A DNA stretch of 64,000 nucleotides. Source: Bugula neritina. Taxonomy: Eukaryota; Animalia; Bryozoa. The first letter of the stretch is position 1. Each line of letters begins with the position of its first letter. Of this stretch, positions 63,301 through 64,000 are shown piece after piece. The notes beneath the pieces were generated by a model that had not been told where the DNA came from, did no database searches, and saw only the letters and a program-made list of their open reading frames with translations. The stretch lies in assembly GCA_964035545.1 (NCBI GenBank), contig CAXIUT010000097.1:1-64000 (forward strand), read 5' to 3'. Both the position numbers and the translations under genes were made by a program.

Positions 63301-64000
63301 CATACCTAAATATACGGTAATATACCAAAATATACTGTAACACATTGAAAAATACTGCAACATACTGAAATACACTGCAACACACCGAAAAACACTGAAA
63401 ATACTGTAACACACTGAAATATACTGCAAAATACTGAAATACACTGCTACATACTGAAATATACTGCGACACACTGCAACATACTGCAACATACTAAAGT
63501 AAACTGCAACATACTGAAATACACTGTAAAATACTGAAATACACTAGAACATACTGAAATATACTGCACCATACTGAAATATACTGCTACATACTGAAAT
63601 ATACTGCAACACACTGCAACATACTGCAACATACTAGAATACACTGTAACATAATGAAATACACTGCAACACATTGAAATATACTGCAAAATACTGAAAT
63701 ACACTGCTATATACTGAAATACACTGCAACACACTACAACATACTGCAACATACTAAAATATACTGCAACATACTGAAATACACTGCAAAATACTGAAAT
63801 ACACTGCTACATACTGAAATATACTGCAACATACTGCAACATACTGAAATACACTGTAACATACTGAAATACGCTGCAACATACTACAACATATTGAAAG
63901 ACACTGCAACACATTGAAATATACTGCAACATACCTAAATATCCGGTAATATACCAAAATATACTGTAACACATTGAAAAATACTGCAACATACTGAAAT
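51391..64000 (+). repeat. Near-perfect tandem duplication, 6404-bp unit (~51391-57794, ~57795 to the window end)
   Basis: Constant offset 6404 (51705/58109 to 57350/63754). Shared private variants: AAATCTATGG (52312/58716), TACTAAGATAC (~55471/61875) and a 2-bp deletion GTAACATTG (~55650/62054). Confidence 0.9.

Larger units (their letters stand above)
20435..64000 (+). repeat. Satellite array continued (same 10/20-bp unit); runs off the right edge
   Basis: Same decamers and orientation as 1007-19899, with no further non-satellite sequence seen. Confidence 0.98.

Noticed and set aside
1003-63992. Hundreds of minus-strand ORFs (60-234 aa) rich in C, V, Y, S, F and Q, plus the + strand ORF 302-562 and the minus ORF 367-552
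   Set aside because: They are translations of the decamer repeat. The same peptide appears in all three frames because the unit is not a multiple of 3, the ORFs flip strand with the satellite, and no gene structure is present.
1007-64000. CRISPR-like or other repeat-spacer array
   Set aside because: There are no unique spacers or cas genes. The apparent islands are diverged satellite units, and the context is eukaryotic.

Overview
This window is eukaryotic (most likely animal) satellite heterochromatin with no genuine host gene. About 98% of it is one satellite with a 10-bp unit, mostly alternating ACTGCAACAT and ACTGAAATA(C/T) as a 20-bp dimer. The array switches strand near the left end: bases 1-458 are inverted relative to 1007-64000. 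The switch point holds a 5'-truncated non-LTR retrotransposon of the L2/CR1 group on the minus strand (456-1006), with an ORF2 C-terminus, a 3' UTR hairpin, AATAAA and an (AAAC)n tail. A 535-bp non-autonomous hAT-type DNA transposon (12-bp TIRs, 8-bp TSD) sits at 19900-20434. Rare unit variants show nested duplications at offsets of 260, 1600, 1879, about 2600, 3787, 4739, 6404, about 14,400 and about 26,600 bp. The ~26.6-kb sister copy has a microhomology-bounded deletion covering the transposon site. The hundreds of C/V/Y/S/F/Q-rich ORFs in the track are translation artefacts of the satellite. All alignments were done by eye or from ORF-track offsets, and no database was searched.
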